Under the pieces are notes generated by a model. The model was not told the origin of the DNA. It saw only the letters and a program-made list of their open reading frames with translations, and ran no database searches. Below, piece after piece: positions 36,108-47,266 of a stretch of 64,000 bases of DNA. The DNA is from Heteronotia binoei (taxonomy: Eukaryota). Within the stretch, counting starts at the first letter, position 1; each line of letters starts with the position of its first letter. The DNA lies in the NCBI RefSeq assembly GCF_032191835.1, contig NC_083235.1, positions 62,620,001-62,684,000 on the forward strand, in the 5' to 3' direction. The translations under genes and the position numbers were made by a program.

Positions 36108-36498
36108 CAGGGATTCCCAATCTTGTTGAGCTTGTGGGCACCTTTGGAGTTGTAACACTGGATAGTGTGTGCACAACCACAATGTAGCTGCTGCAACCAC
36201 AAAATATCAAAGAGTGTGGTCATGTGTGATAGTAAATCTTCAATAAGTTGGGTGCCTTTTAAAAGGAACTTATTGCTTAAATATATTTTCTTGCATACAC
36301 ACAACTCACTTTCAGTCATACAGTGAAGATCCTTGTGCTGCAGTGGTGGCTGCTGCTGAAGCGACTTCTTAAAAATCGACCTAGCCGATCAGATCTCCAA
36401 TGGCCAATCAGAAGAGTCCTGCAGGTCAGAAGGCCCACCTTGTTCTGCCCACTTTTTGGGTGCCATGGCACCCATGGGCACCATGTTGGAGAACCCTT
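36108..36498. mobile_element. hAT-like MITE
   Basis: cagggattcccaa ... ttggagaaccctt termini; TSD not resolved. Confidence 0.55.
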
Positions 36499-37213
36499 AA
36501 GTAGATCACGGCAATAGATTGTTAGAATGCAATTTAGCAATTATGGCATTTTTAAACCCCCCCCAAAAGCCCTCCAGCGGCAGGGATGAAATGATGCCTG
36601 AGGCAAGGAAAACAGCACTGGTGTCAGCAGGACTGTAAAAAATGCACACATTCTTATCCACCTGGTGTGGAAATACGCTTTGACGATGATGTTTCAGAAC
36701 AAAGCTTATCAAGTTTGAGAAAGATCAAAGCAAAAGCAGGGTATGCCAAGCTGGAGCAAAACTTTCATGTGGAAGCATCCAAAATCTTTTAGAACTTTTA
36801 TGCGTACATGACACAAAAACCGCCATTAAGCACACTGTGCAACTCTTTAAAATCAGGACTTGAAACGCATTTCAAAATCAGTGTGTGATGCGTGCGTATT
36901 ATGAGCTTTTTTGCTACAACACTTGCGTAGCAATCTACCGTTTCCCAACACACACAAAACTTCAGTTGCTAAATTATAATCCTGATAAATTACGATCCAA
37001 GCACAGCTTTCACATTAATTCATATGCCGAAGTGCCCTTTATACAAAGATTCACTAAGCAGTTTTCAGTCATTAAGTTTTATAAAACCATTCAGTACGGA
37101 TTTTCTTGGCCATTTTAACAACAATTAAATACCTTCCAATTCTTCCCTGCGTCACCATATGTTCCATTTTTTTTCCTTTCCAATATTCCAGAAAACTGCT
37201 CTTATATAAATCA

Positions 37214-37219
37214 TTTATT
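37214..37219 (-). promoter_or_regulatory. Candidate proximal DUS1L polyadenylation signal (AATAAA)
   Basis: tttatt on plus, about 340 nt after the stop; the UTR could be longer. Confidence 0.3.
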
Positions 37220-37556
37220 TGCCAATTTTAAAATTGCACGTAACATTTAAAACAGGCAGGTCAAGGTTTTAATAGGTGTCTCCAATGGAGCATTTCAGGC
37301 CAGCACTTCTGACCTGGTCCTTCAAAGTCTTTCAAACACAGCATGAAAAGCTTTCATTGCATCTTTTTCTTTCCATTGCAGGATATTTCCCTGAGTTAGA
37401 AACTTTTCCTTAAATAAGACTTGTCTGCCAGTTAAGAATAGGTCCATGCAATCATTTAGACAACTGCTGTATTCTGGAAGAAGAAGAGATTACTTTGGCC
37501 CAGGGGAGGGAGTCAGAGGCCTAGGAGCAGATCCAGGAGAAGAAATTTCCAAGGCC

Positions 37557-37705
37557 TCATGCCACACCATCAATAGGTTCTTTGAGTAATCTAGTCTCCT
37601 TCATTTCTCCTTTCTGTGCTCTCATTTCAATATTTGGCAGATTAGACTGACTGCTTTTCCATAAAAGGGATTTTTCATATTTGGTTTTAAAAAGCAGACC
37701 ATGTC
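37557..37705 (-). CDS. DUS1L: DUS1L last coding exon (HGLLFKTKYEKSLLWK...PIDGVA*)
   Basis: tttcag| acceptor; TGA at 37559-37557; HGLLFKTK motif. Confidence 0.95.
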
Positions 37706-38088
37706 CTGAAAGAGAAAAAAATGGGAAACAGATCTTGGTTAAAAATACCAGCCAAAACATGGCCATTTGAAAAAGGCATACTCCCCAGAGCAATTGAGGC
37801 ATAAACTTCTTGGCATACGTGTGATGTAATTAGCATTAGAAAAAGAGCTGGAAAGGATACTGAAGTATCATTCTCCAAAATTCATATGTTTGCAGCTCTA
37901 CTGAGTTCACAAGAAGGCTATTTCAGAAGAAATTGGGGCTTGATGGAAGAATTTATAATATATAACATTCTCCCTATTGTTTCAGGACCCAAGATATAAC
38001 AGCAACGTAAACACAATTTGATAAAATAATAAAGAAATCTGCGTTGTCACCAATATGTGCCTGTAGGCAGTTTTGGGATTGTTTAGGG

Positions 38089-38949
38089 CAGGGGTGTCGA
38101 ACTCATTTGTTATGAGGGCTGGATCCGACATAAATGTGACCTTGTCTGGCCAGGCCATGAGCGTCATAAAGTATAATGCCAGGTACCAGAGATACAAACT
38201 TTATAAAGGACACAAACAGACACAAATTATTTTTTAAATCAAACATGTTTAAAGCATTAGCACTCATTGGTCTGGCTTTCTTTCGGTCTCTCTTGTTCGA
38301 TCCAGAGAACTGGGCAAGGGAAGCTCTGGCTGTTTCCTTCCTTCCCCAGGGGACCAGGAGGGGGGAGCCTCAGCCAACAGAAGGAAGAGAGGCTTGGCTT
38401 AGTAGCTCTGTTGTGCAATTGAGAGAGCCTGGCAAAGCAAGCTCTCCCTCCCCCCAAGGGAGGAGCCTCAGCCAATGGAGAAAATAGAGACTTTGCTCTG
38501 TAGCTCCTGTGCAATTGAGCAAGCCTATCAGGCTCCTGAGCAACTGGCTGTCATTCACTTCCTTCTCCCTCTCTCTCGCTTCCTTCTGCATCATAGCTTG
38601 CTTCGCCAAGCTCGCTCAATTGCACAACAGAGCTACTAAGCCAAGCCTCTCTTCCTTCTGTTGGCTGAGGCTCCCCCCTCCCGGTCCCCTGGGGAAGGAA
38701 GGAAACAGCCAGAGCTTTCCTTGCCCAGTTCTCTGGATCGAACAAGAGAGACAGAAAGAAAGCAAGGCCAACGAGTGCTAATGCTTTAAACATGTTTGAT
38801 TTAAAAAATAATTTGTGTCTGTCTGTGTCCTTTATAAAGTTTATATCTCTGGAACCTGGCATTACATTTTATGACGCTCATGGCCTGGCCCGACAAGGTC
38901 ACATTTATGTTGGATCCGGCCCTCATAACAAATGAGTTCGACACCCCTA
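38089..38949. mobile_element. hAT(Charlie)-like non-autonomous element forming a long palindrome
   Basis: TIR caggggtgtcgaactc; 355-bp inverted arms (38089-38443 and 38595-38949); degenerate 8-bp TSD gtttaggg / ggttaggt; family fragments at 41248-41440, 42345-42616, 48925-49100 and 59160-59590. Confidence 0.88.
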
Positions 38950-38999
38950 GGTTAGGTGCTCAAAAAACCTAAGCATGGAACTTTGCAAGCAGGGTACTG

Positions 39000-39400
39000 A
39001 CAACAGAACTTGCTGGGAAGAATAAAACTGTGGGAAGATGAAGGGAGAGACAGCACTTCAAGTATGTGGGTCATGAAGAGCTTTACAAGTGAGCACCAAC
39101 CCCTTGAACTGGACCCAGAAACTAACTGGCAGCCAATGAAGAGACCTCAGAATAGGAGTCAGTCTTGATAGCTAGCCCCTGATAACAAACAGCCTGCAGC
39201 AATTTGTACCAGCTGCAACTTCCAGATCATTTTCAAGAGCAACCCCAGGCTAACCATGTTACAGTAATTTAGTCTTTATAGGTTACTGAAGTATGGATCA
39301 GCATGGCTAGATTAAACGGGAAGGCAGCTTCCTAACTAGATGTAGCTGGAGAAAAAAACCTGTTCTAATGAACAACCAAGTTTGGGGGAATGATATTCCA
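39000..39400 (-). mobile_element. Degenerate L2 fragment
   Basis: Reverse-strand relics of the VTSRLDYCN / LQLVQNAAA region. Confidence 0.6.
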
Positions 39401-39709
39401 TAAATAAATGCTTTGAAGCATGAAAGATGTGTGTTGCACTCATGAACTTCTAAGCTATCAAAAGAATGTGTACAATTTTTCAGTCGCAATACAAATTTGA
39501 ATTAATAAATGAATATTAAGAGGCTGGCAACAGAAGAAACCCCTTTCCCTCAAAAAATCTTCTGCTAACCCAAAGACGTCAATACACCAACAGGTAACGT
39601 ATTAGACTTATGCTAAAGCAGTCGGAATTTGAAACCTATACTTTTTATTTCTTGAATGACTGACGTTTTAAAATATGAAAGTACAAGTCTAATCAACTAT
39701 GCCATATAT

Positions 39710-40290
39710 GACATAAGAACATAACAGAAGTCATGTTGGATCAGGCCAATGGTCCACCCAGTCCAACACTGTCACATGGTGGCAAAAAAACAACGCCATC
39801 AGGAGGTCCATGAGTGGGGCCAGGACACTAGAAGCCCTCCCACAGTTGCCCCCCCACAACCACCAAGAATACAAAGCACCACTTGCCCCAGACAGTTCCA
39901 TCTATACCTTGTGGCTAATAGCCACTAATGGACCTCTGCTCCATATGTTTATCTAATCCCCTCTTGAAGCCGTCTATGCCTGTAGCTGCCGCCATCTCCT
40001 GTGGCAGTGAATTCCATGTGTTAATCACTCTTTGGGTGAAGAAGTACCTCCTTTTATCCATTCCAACCTGACAGCTCAGCAATTTCATTGACTGCCCACG
40101 AGTTCTTGTATGTTGAGAAAAGGAGAAAAGTACTTCTTCTCTGCCTTCCCATGCATAATCTTGTAAACCTTTCTCCAAGCTAAAGAGCCCCAAGCGTTTT
40201 AACCTTTCTTCATAGGGAAATTTTCCAACCCTTTAATCATTTGAATTGCCCTTTTCAGCACTTTTTCCAGTGCTATAATGTCTTTTTGTA
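39710..40290 (-). mobile_element. CR1 LINE 3' end
   Basis: LFSLEK...RTRGQSMKL...KRRYFFTQRVINTWNSLP; acataagaacata tail. Confidence 0.88.
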
Positions 40291-40359
40291 GTGTGGTCAC
40301 CAGACATAATAAGGCCTTTCCTTGAAAAGTGTCCTACCACTAAGCTGAGCTACACTTAC

Positions 40360-40435
40360 CTGGACAATCTGCAGTCTCTCTAAAAGCGTTTTTCTTACAG
40401 CATCCTCGGCACAGGTTAAATACACATTTATTGCC
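40360..40435 (-). CDS. DUS1L: DUS1L exon ([26 protein letters not shown]), zinc finger
   Basis: cctag| ... |gtaagt; 76 bp; Cys pattern conserved. Confidence 0.95.
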
Positions 40436-41442
40436 CTAGGAACAAAAATAACAAACTAATTAGCTAATTGTACATATTAATCCCACATTGCCAGTAAATG
40501 TATAGATAAGCTGATAAAGTCCTTTCTAGGTAAAAACTGATGAACTGGAATTGGAAACAAATCACAAATACTAGAGGTCTGCAGACAATTTTTTGAACAT
40601 TTTTACCTCTTCCACAGGGTGTGTGTGTGTGTGGAGAATCACTCAAGATTCCACTTACTAGGGCTATGGCACCTCAGAGTTCCAACGGGAATTCACAGTA
40701 ATTCCACCAACAGAAGGGCCCATGTCAACCGACATCATGTGGGATGACCAAAAGTTTCAGGAGTTTAAAAAAGTGACAGAAGCCTCGTTCAAGACAAGAT
40801 TTGCAAATTTATTAAAGTGTGCAAAGTAAGCTTTGGGATATTTTAATGGGATGCTAGTACCATGTGGGTAATCCCTGTAAACCATGCTCAGGCCCCACTG
40901 AGACATTTAGAATCGGGATTGGTCATATAAGTCTAGAGGGTTACATAGTATTGTACTTTTCAGGCAATTCACTTCTCTGTCCCTTTCTAACGCCCCTCCA
41001 GACCTCTGTAATGATAATGAACGGTATTCAACTTTTAAACTTCCCATGTGCCATGCCAAATTGGTTATGTATTTCACTATTGTACGTAATGCATCAGTAT
41101 ACACATGAAAGAATTCTCTGAGCTGAACATGAAAATGTACAAAGAAATATGTGGAGTGTATTGCTGAAAGAGAAATTAGAGAAACAAAGTAAGAGTATAT
41201 GCATGCATTCAGTATTAGTTTTATAAATAAGTATAGAGGGTCTAGCTCACGGATGCCAAACACGTGGCCCGGGGGGCTGAATCAGGCCCCCGGAGGGCTC
41301 CTATCAGGCCTGCAAGCTACTGGCTGTTGTCTGCTTCCTTCTCCCTCTCTTGCTTCCTTCCGCATAACAGCTTGCTTTGCAAGGCTTGCTCAATTGCACA
41401 GGAGCTACAGAGCAAAACCTCTATTTTCTCCATTGGCTGAGG

Positions 41443-42215
41443 CTTTACCATTCCAAAGTCTTTGAACAGACTGCAATAAAATACTCAAGAGTGCATGCAG
41501 GCACTTTAACATAACCTCTTTCCCCAAACAGTCTGCAGTAGAATAAATCAGAGTGCACAGAGGCAATTTCAGAGTGCGCACAGGCACACTCAGTCCTCTA
41601 TTGTTTCAATGAGGTGTTAGGATCAAGAATAAGTTCATCCACATCACGCCAGTCCCCGTTAGCCGGTGTCAAATGTTAGGATCAAGAATAAGTTCATCCA
41701 CATCACGCCAGTCCCCGTTAGCCGGTGTCAAATGTTATCAAGACTGATGGCTTTTAAGTGGAACCCAAAAATCCTGTTACTTCCTCACAAGGCTCTAGCT
41801 CCAGCATTATGATGAACTTATTCTTTATCCTAACACCTCACTGAAACAATAGAGGACTGAGTGTGCATGACTGTGAAGTGGAATAATTTGTTTGATGTGA
41901 GGATTTCATGTGGAGCCCCTTAAAAAGTGCCTGTGTGCACTCTTGGTGAAAGAATTCATTATAGACTATTCTCTAATGCTTTGGTTTACGAGTCACATGC
42001 AGACTCTTAACCTTTAAAAAGTGCCTGTTTGCATTCTGAAAGTGCCTCTGTGCACTCTGATTTATTCTACTGCAGACTGTTTGGATTCATTTAATTGCAG
42101 ACTATTTGGAAAAAGAGGTTATGTTAAAGTGCCTGTGTGCACTCTTGTGTATTTTATTGCAGTCTGTTCAAAGGTAGAAGCTTTGGAATGGTAAAGTGCC
42201 TATGTGCACACTTGT
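41443..42215. mobile_element. Unclassified foldback element with modular inverted arms, nested in a hAT MITE
   Basis: Outer inverted repeat tttaccattccaaag / ctttggaatggtaaa; inner inverted repeat about 41583-41640 / 41810-41866; repeated module aaagtgcctgtgtgcactct. Confidence 0.6.
41615..41732. repeat. Perfect 59-bp tandem duplication
   Basis: tgttaggatcaagaataagttcatccacatcacgccagtccccgttagccggtgtcaaa x2. Confidence 0.92.
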
Positions 42216-42684
42216 ATTTCTTTAGACTGTTTAGAAGCAGAAGCTACTTAGAAGTAGAGGCTACAGAGTTTTTCATTACCCCATTATTTTCTTGTAATAA
42301 ATGTTTTGATATAATAGTGTTTATAGTTTCACTCTGACATTTTTTCTATTACAGCTTCTTTCAATTGTACAGCAGAGCTACTGAGCCAAACCTCTCTTCT
42401 TTCTACTGGCTGAGGCGCCTCCCCCTCCTGGTTCCCTGGGGCCCAGCTCCCTGGATCCCACGGGAGAGATACAAAGAAAGCACCTTTAAGACAAACAAGT
42501 GCTAATATTTTAAGCATGTTTTATTTTAGTTAAAAAAAAATCTTTGTGTTTATGGTCTGGTCTGACAAGGTCTCATTTATGTCAGATCCGGCCCTCATAA
42601 CAAATGAATTCGACACATGAAGCGAGGACTATGCAAAAATGGAAGACAAGGGAGATCTCAAAGAAGTGTTAATCTGCAATGGAA

Positions 42685-42844
42685 CACAACAGCTTAGAAG
42701 CCAAGCCCACGTGCCTCCAGTAGTGTCATTGTAGGTTATCCCTTGTTATTGCCAATGAGCTTTCCACAACAGCTTAGAAGCCAAGCACACATGCCTCTAG
42801 TAGTGTCATTGTAGATTATCCCTTGTTATTGCCAATGAGTTTTC
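42685..42844. repeat. Imperfect 80-bp tandem duplication
   Basis: cacaacagcttagaagccaagc...gttattgccaatgag units at 42685 and 42765. Confidence 0.88.
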
Positions 42845-43765
42845 ATGACACCAGTGCAGTCCTTAAAGAGTTTGGGTGTGATCCTGGATACCTCCTTAAA
42901 TAAGGTGGCCCAGGTCATGCACGTTGCCAAGCTGGCGTTCTTCCATCCATGTTAGGCTTGGCAACTGGCCCCTTTCTTGTCACACCCCAATCTAGCCATG
43001 GCTATCCATGCAATGGTTACCCCCAGGCTAGACTACTGTAACTTGTCTATGCTGGCCTGCCTTTAAAACTGACCCAGAAGCTCCAACTGGTCTGGAATGT
43101 GGCAGTACCAATCCTGACAAGGAACATCGTGGACAACACGTATACAACCTGTACTGCGCCAGCTACACTGGCATCCAGCGGAGTACTGGATCAAGTTCAA
43201 GGTTTTGATATTAACCTTTAAGGCTTTTGAGTGGTCAGACACTAATTTATCTGCAGGACCACCTCCTCTGGTATGTCCCCAGGAGAGCATTACACTCCCT
43301 GGAAAACAATCTGCTGGCAATTCCCGGCCCCAAGTATGTCTGGCTGTCCTCAACCAGGGCCAGGGCCTTTTCAGTCCTGGGCCTGACCTGGTGCAACTCT
43401 CTGCCGGACACCATCAGGGTCCTGCGGGACCTTATGCGATTCCGCAGGTCCTGCAAGGCAGAGGTGTTCCGCCAGGCCCTTGTTGAGGGCAGCAATGGTA
43501 TCCATTCTGGCTGGCACCTCTCCCCCTCCCTGTGTTCTCCTTTCCCCTGGACTGTTTCTCCCCCCTCTCTACACCCATGAAGCGGTCACAGTCTGGAACT
43601 AAGGGATAATGCTGTTACCTCCAGGCTGCTTTGCCACTTGATTGCTGCAGAAACTTTGATGTACCTGTTTTTTAGTTTGCAATGTTTTTATTGGGTATAT
43701 ATTGCCCACAGCCCTGCAATATCAGGGATTGGGCGATTCAGAAGCTTAATGTGATAAATAAATTC
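42845..43765 (+). mobile_element. L2 LINE 3' part (the Gypsy element is inserted just after its tail)
   Basis: ggttacccccaggctagactactgtaac; WYVPRRALHS...STRARAFSVL; L2-type tail. Confidence 0.82.
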
Positions 43766-43773
43766 ATGGAGCT

Positions 43774-44596
43774 TGTGACGGAACCGGCCCGATTGTGCCT
43801 TCAGACCCGGTCCCGTCTGCTCCCTATTGAGTCGCCAACTCCTGGAGGGAGCTATTTCTCCTCCTGCCCCTTGGGCGCGCTGCCACCACCTGCTCAGTCC
43901 CGGGGTTCAGATTGAGAGGAACAGGACTCCCAATCCCCCTCTCCCGCTATGAGGCCCGGCCTCAAGGTCCTCTGCCACCCTGTACTTGGGTTTCACAGAG
44001 ACCTCAGCACTTCTTTGGGGCACCCCTGGAGGATTGGCACCTTATCCAACTGCATGCCTTCCCCCTTCCCTGGGGCCCCCTTCTTAAAAACAGCGTGGTC
44101 TAAAGCGGTTTGGGGATCTATGTGGTACAGAGATTTACTGCCAGTATTTAAAACAGAAAAACATTTATTTAAAAGAGAAAAAGATAGGGAAAGAAAAACA
44201 AAACAAAAACAGTTGCCTTTAAAAAAGTAGCACAGCACAGCAAACAGCATGACAAAGGAAAGGTATTTATAAACGCTTTCTACTGTCCCTGGTCTACACT
44301 TGTCCTGTCTTGTGAATTACTTACTTGGTCTGCCTGCCTGGGGCCTCCCAGGCAGGAGCCTCCATGCTCACCACATGCTCGCTCGAGCCCCAGTTCCAAT
44401 CTGGCCTCTCTTCCTGCCTAACACATGCAAAGAACACAAGCACTTCCTGCCTCTCTAGGAGACTTTCCCCCTAGAGTTGTTGGTTTGGCTCTGGAAGGGA
44501 GGGGGGGAGTGAGGGGAAGGCTACAAAGCCTGCTGAGGAATTTACTGATCCCTGCCAATGAAGCACCACCACTGACTAAAATGGCGTTTCTCCACA
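43774..44596 (-). repeat. Gypsy 3' LTR (823 bp)
   Basis: Shares its terminal 120 bp and 19 bp with 47267-47405; TATA-like tataaata at 44271-44264 and AATAAA at 44169-44164 on minus. Confidence 0.92.
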
Positions 44597-44790
44597 CTTC
44601 CCCCTCCTTAAATTCTGAGCCGGAGGGGTTGCCTCCTACAGAGGTGACCCCGTAGCAGAATCCAAACAAACAAGGAGAAACCCGTTAACCGAAATATTAC
44701 ACAAACATTCAGGTATTTCTCCAATAATACACAAAGTCCAGCACCCTAGGTGCCCATGTCCCTTCTGGACAACAAGTCGCATTGCTGCAT

Positions 44791-46068
44791 TCAGAAGGAA
44801 TGTCCAGTCTTTAAGATGTACTCCTCCATCTCCCAGGACCACCTCTGGAGGTTGGTGCTCTCCCTTCGTTGCTGCTGTTGCTGGGGTGAGTGGTCCATCA
44901 AAGGAGGAAATTCCTGGCCCCACATCTGAGGTTGGAAACTGCCCAGTTCCCACAAAGTTGCTTCTTTATCCCTCATTGGTGGAATGTCCCCTCTGTCCAC
45001 TCTGACCTCCCAGAAAACCACCTCTGGAGCTCCAAACAATTGCTGTCCCAGCTTCTTTTTGTCTCCTTCCTTCCTACCTATATGCAACACCATGGACCTC
45101 GCTGAGAATGGCTGTGGTATATTCACCTGCACCACTTTAACTGCCTTTCCCGTCTTCTCCATAGCCACCACATAAGTAGCCTCGTCTAGGTCATCCACAA
45201 TCACATGGGGTCCCTCCCATTCCACTTTCCGTTCACCAGTATGAAGGGGCAGGAAAACCATCACCCTATCCCCTGTCTCAGCTTCTGAGAACTCCACTTT
45301 CTGGTCCCTTGCCACCTCACACAGTGGATCCAGCCTAGGGTCACTTTGAACCTCAGACAGGAACATTTCTGGCTCCCCCAGACCTCCTATCATCTGTTCC
45401 TTCAAGCCACCCCTAGTCCCACTGTTTCCAGAACACCCAGTCAACGTTTGATCTGGGTTCTCCGCCCCCTCAGTTGGTTTTTCAGTGTCAGCCAACTGAG
45501 CTCCTTCCTGCCTGGAAGGCTCCACAGCATCCTGCTGCCCTTGCAGAAATTGGCACCCCTCTTCCCATTGGGCACACCCTCCTGCAGGGCTTGAGACAGG
45601 CTGGTCCTCCCCCTCCCTGGTTGGTGGTGAGGTGGCTTCTCTAAAGTTGCCTTCCTCCCCCCACCTTCCCCTGAGGGTTTGGCTTGGGTTCTCAGTCCCC
45701 TCGGTTGGTTTTTCAGCACTACCCAACTGACCCCCTTCCTGCCTGGAAGGTCCCACAGCTTCCCAGGATTCCTGTCTGCCCTGCTTCAAGACGACCTGTT
45801 TTGAGAGCGTCTCGGACGATCCCACTTCCTGATCCACAGCTACTTGGTGAACCGGTTCCAACCTAAGGCCGCTCAGGACCCCCTTCTGGAACCGCTCCCG
45901 TTCCCCCAAGCCTTCAGCTATGTGCTCCTCTGAGCCCACATTAGCCTTGCTGCTCTCAGAACCTTCTGTGAAATCTCCACTCTCCACCTCGGTCTCTTCA
46001 GCATGCACATCCTTTATGCTAGACAGGTTCCTTTCCTTGCTAGGAACATCGACAGCCTCTTGCTGCAC
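44791..46068 (-). pseudogene. Degenerate pol remnant, 425-aa open frame: repeated acidic linker, integrase C-terminal domain, RNase H C-terminal remnant
   Basis: GDRVMVFLP...WEGPHVIV...TYVV...VQVN (integrase SH3-like); QPQMWGQEF..MDHSP...LQRWSWEMEEY (Gypsy RNase H end). Confidence 0.75.
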
Positions 46069-46078
46069 TTGGGGAAAG

Positions 46079-47116
46079 CTACACCCCCCCTTCCCCTTGG
46101 GAACACCCTACTCCAGGGCTTGAGATAGGCTGGTCCTCCCCCTCCTGGGTGACTGCCCTCTCTTCGTCCTCAGTAACCTGGGCTATTTCCCCCTCCCTGG
46201 TTGGTGGTGAGGTGGCTTCCCTAACATTGCCTTCCTCCTCCCACTTCCCCCTGAGGGTTTGGCTGCGGGTTACAGCATTGATAGAGTACTGGCCAACCAA
46301 CAAATCCCGGCCCAATAACACTGGAACTGTTTGTTCCTTCATTACCCCACATTCAGAATAGGATTTACCTTCTTGTGGAGCCAAACCCCTGAACTGCTTT
46401 CGGGAGTGGTCTGGCCCCAGTTTAAATCTTTTAAATACAGTGGCTTTATAGCCTGCAAAAGTTATCCCCCCATCTTCCATAGGCATGCTGTGATAGATGG
46501 CTGAGAGTTCTCCAGTCAGGAGGCTACAGAGGTGAGACATATAGTCCTCCTCTGCAATCCCCCACTGTTTGGCTGCCCTCTCAAAGTTGGAGAGGTATGT
46601 GGAGGGGTCTTCTCCCTCTTGGTACACTGCAAAGTCCTTGGGGGTGACTTGGATCTCTTTGCTTAGTTCAGCTTCCATACGTAGCACCTCAAGCTCATGG
46701 CGACGTTGCTCTTCCTGCTCCCGTCGGTGGATCTCAGCTCTCTCTCTTTCCTCCTGTCTGCGGATCTCAGCTCTCTCTTTTTCCTCCTGTCTGCGGATCT
46801 CAGCTTGTCTCAGCTCCCTCTCAGCTTGTCTTTCCTCTCTCTCTCGTTCCTGGTGTCTGCGGATCTTGTCCCTCTCTGCTTGTCGTTCCTCTCTCTCAAT
46901 ACGCATTCTCTCCAGTTCCAACTGTAGCCGCAAGATTGCTTCTGACTGGGTGGGGGGCACTTTTGCAGGTGCCCCTGCATGCTGATAATGCTCCAACAGG
47001 AGGACTTGCATATCTACTACAGTCAGGTTGTCACACTCCAGCTCTTGCTTTGCGCACTCTTCCTGGAGCTGTGGCTTTGTCATCTTCAGGATTTCCAGTT
47101 TCTTAGCACGCTCCAT
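46079..47116 (-). CDS. Gmr1-like Gag (coiled coil + SCAN-related capsid region) fused to the protease tail, 345 aa
   Basis: E/R/Q coiled coil; EDPSTYLSNFERAAKQW...LLTGE...FKRFKLGPDHSRKQFR; VPVLLGRDLL protease end. Confidence 0.82.
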   Translation of the reverse strand: MERAKKLEILKMTKPQLQEECAKQELECDNLTVVDMQVLLLEHYQHAGAPAKVPPTQSEAILRLQLELERMRIEREERQAERDKIRRHQEREREERQAERELRQAEIRRQEEKERAEIRRQEERERAEIHRREQEEQRRHELEVLRMEAELSKEIQVTPKDFAVYQEGEDPSTYLSNFERAAKQWGIAEEDYMSHLCSLLTGELSAIYHSMPMEDGGITFAGYKATVFKRFKLGPDHSRKQFRGLAPQEGKSYSECGVMKEQTVPVLLGRDLLVGQYSINAVTRSQTLRGKWEEEGNVREATSPPTREGEIAQVTEDEERAVTQEGEDQPISSPGVGCSQGEGGV

Positions 47117-47246
47117 CCTAACTAAACTGAACTTTCCCTACTCCAGTTGACCCGAAAAGAAAACAAAACCTCTGTTGCTTCCTCTGGGTGTTTGCACGTA
47201 TCAAAAACCAAAAATGCCTGGCCAATCAAGTTCTCTGTTTGTTCTC

Positions 47247-47264
47247 ATCCCACCGCTGCCGCCA
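47247..47264 (-). other. Gypsy primer-binding site, tRNA-Leu type
   Basis: TGGCGGCAGCGGTGGGAT on minus, 17/18 complementary to the tRNA-Leu(AAG/TAG) 3' end ATCCCACCGCTGCCACCA; 2 nt from the LTR. Confidence 0.88.
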
Positions 47265-47266
47265 AG

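Noticed and set aside
38176-38862. Two similar 103-aa ORFs on opposite strands (apparent paralogous gene pair)
   Set aside because: Mirror translations of the two arms of the palindromic hAT element; no splice or domain support
40360-40435. KKNAF in the DUS1L zinc finger where human has KKRAS
   Set aside because: All Cys/His ligands are intact; ordinary divergence
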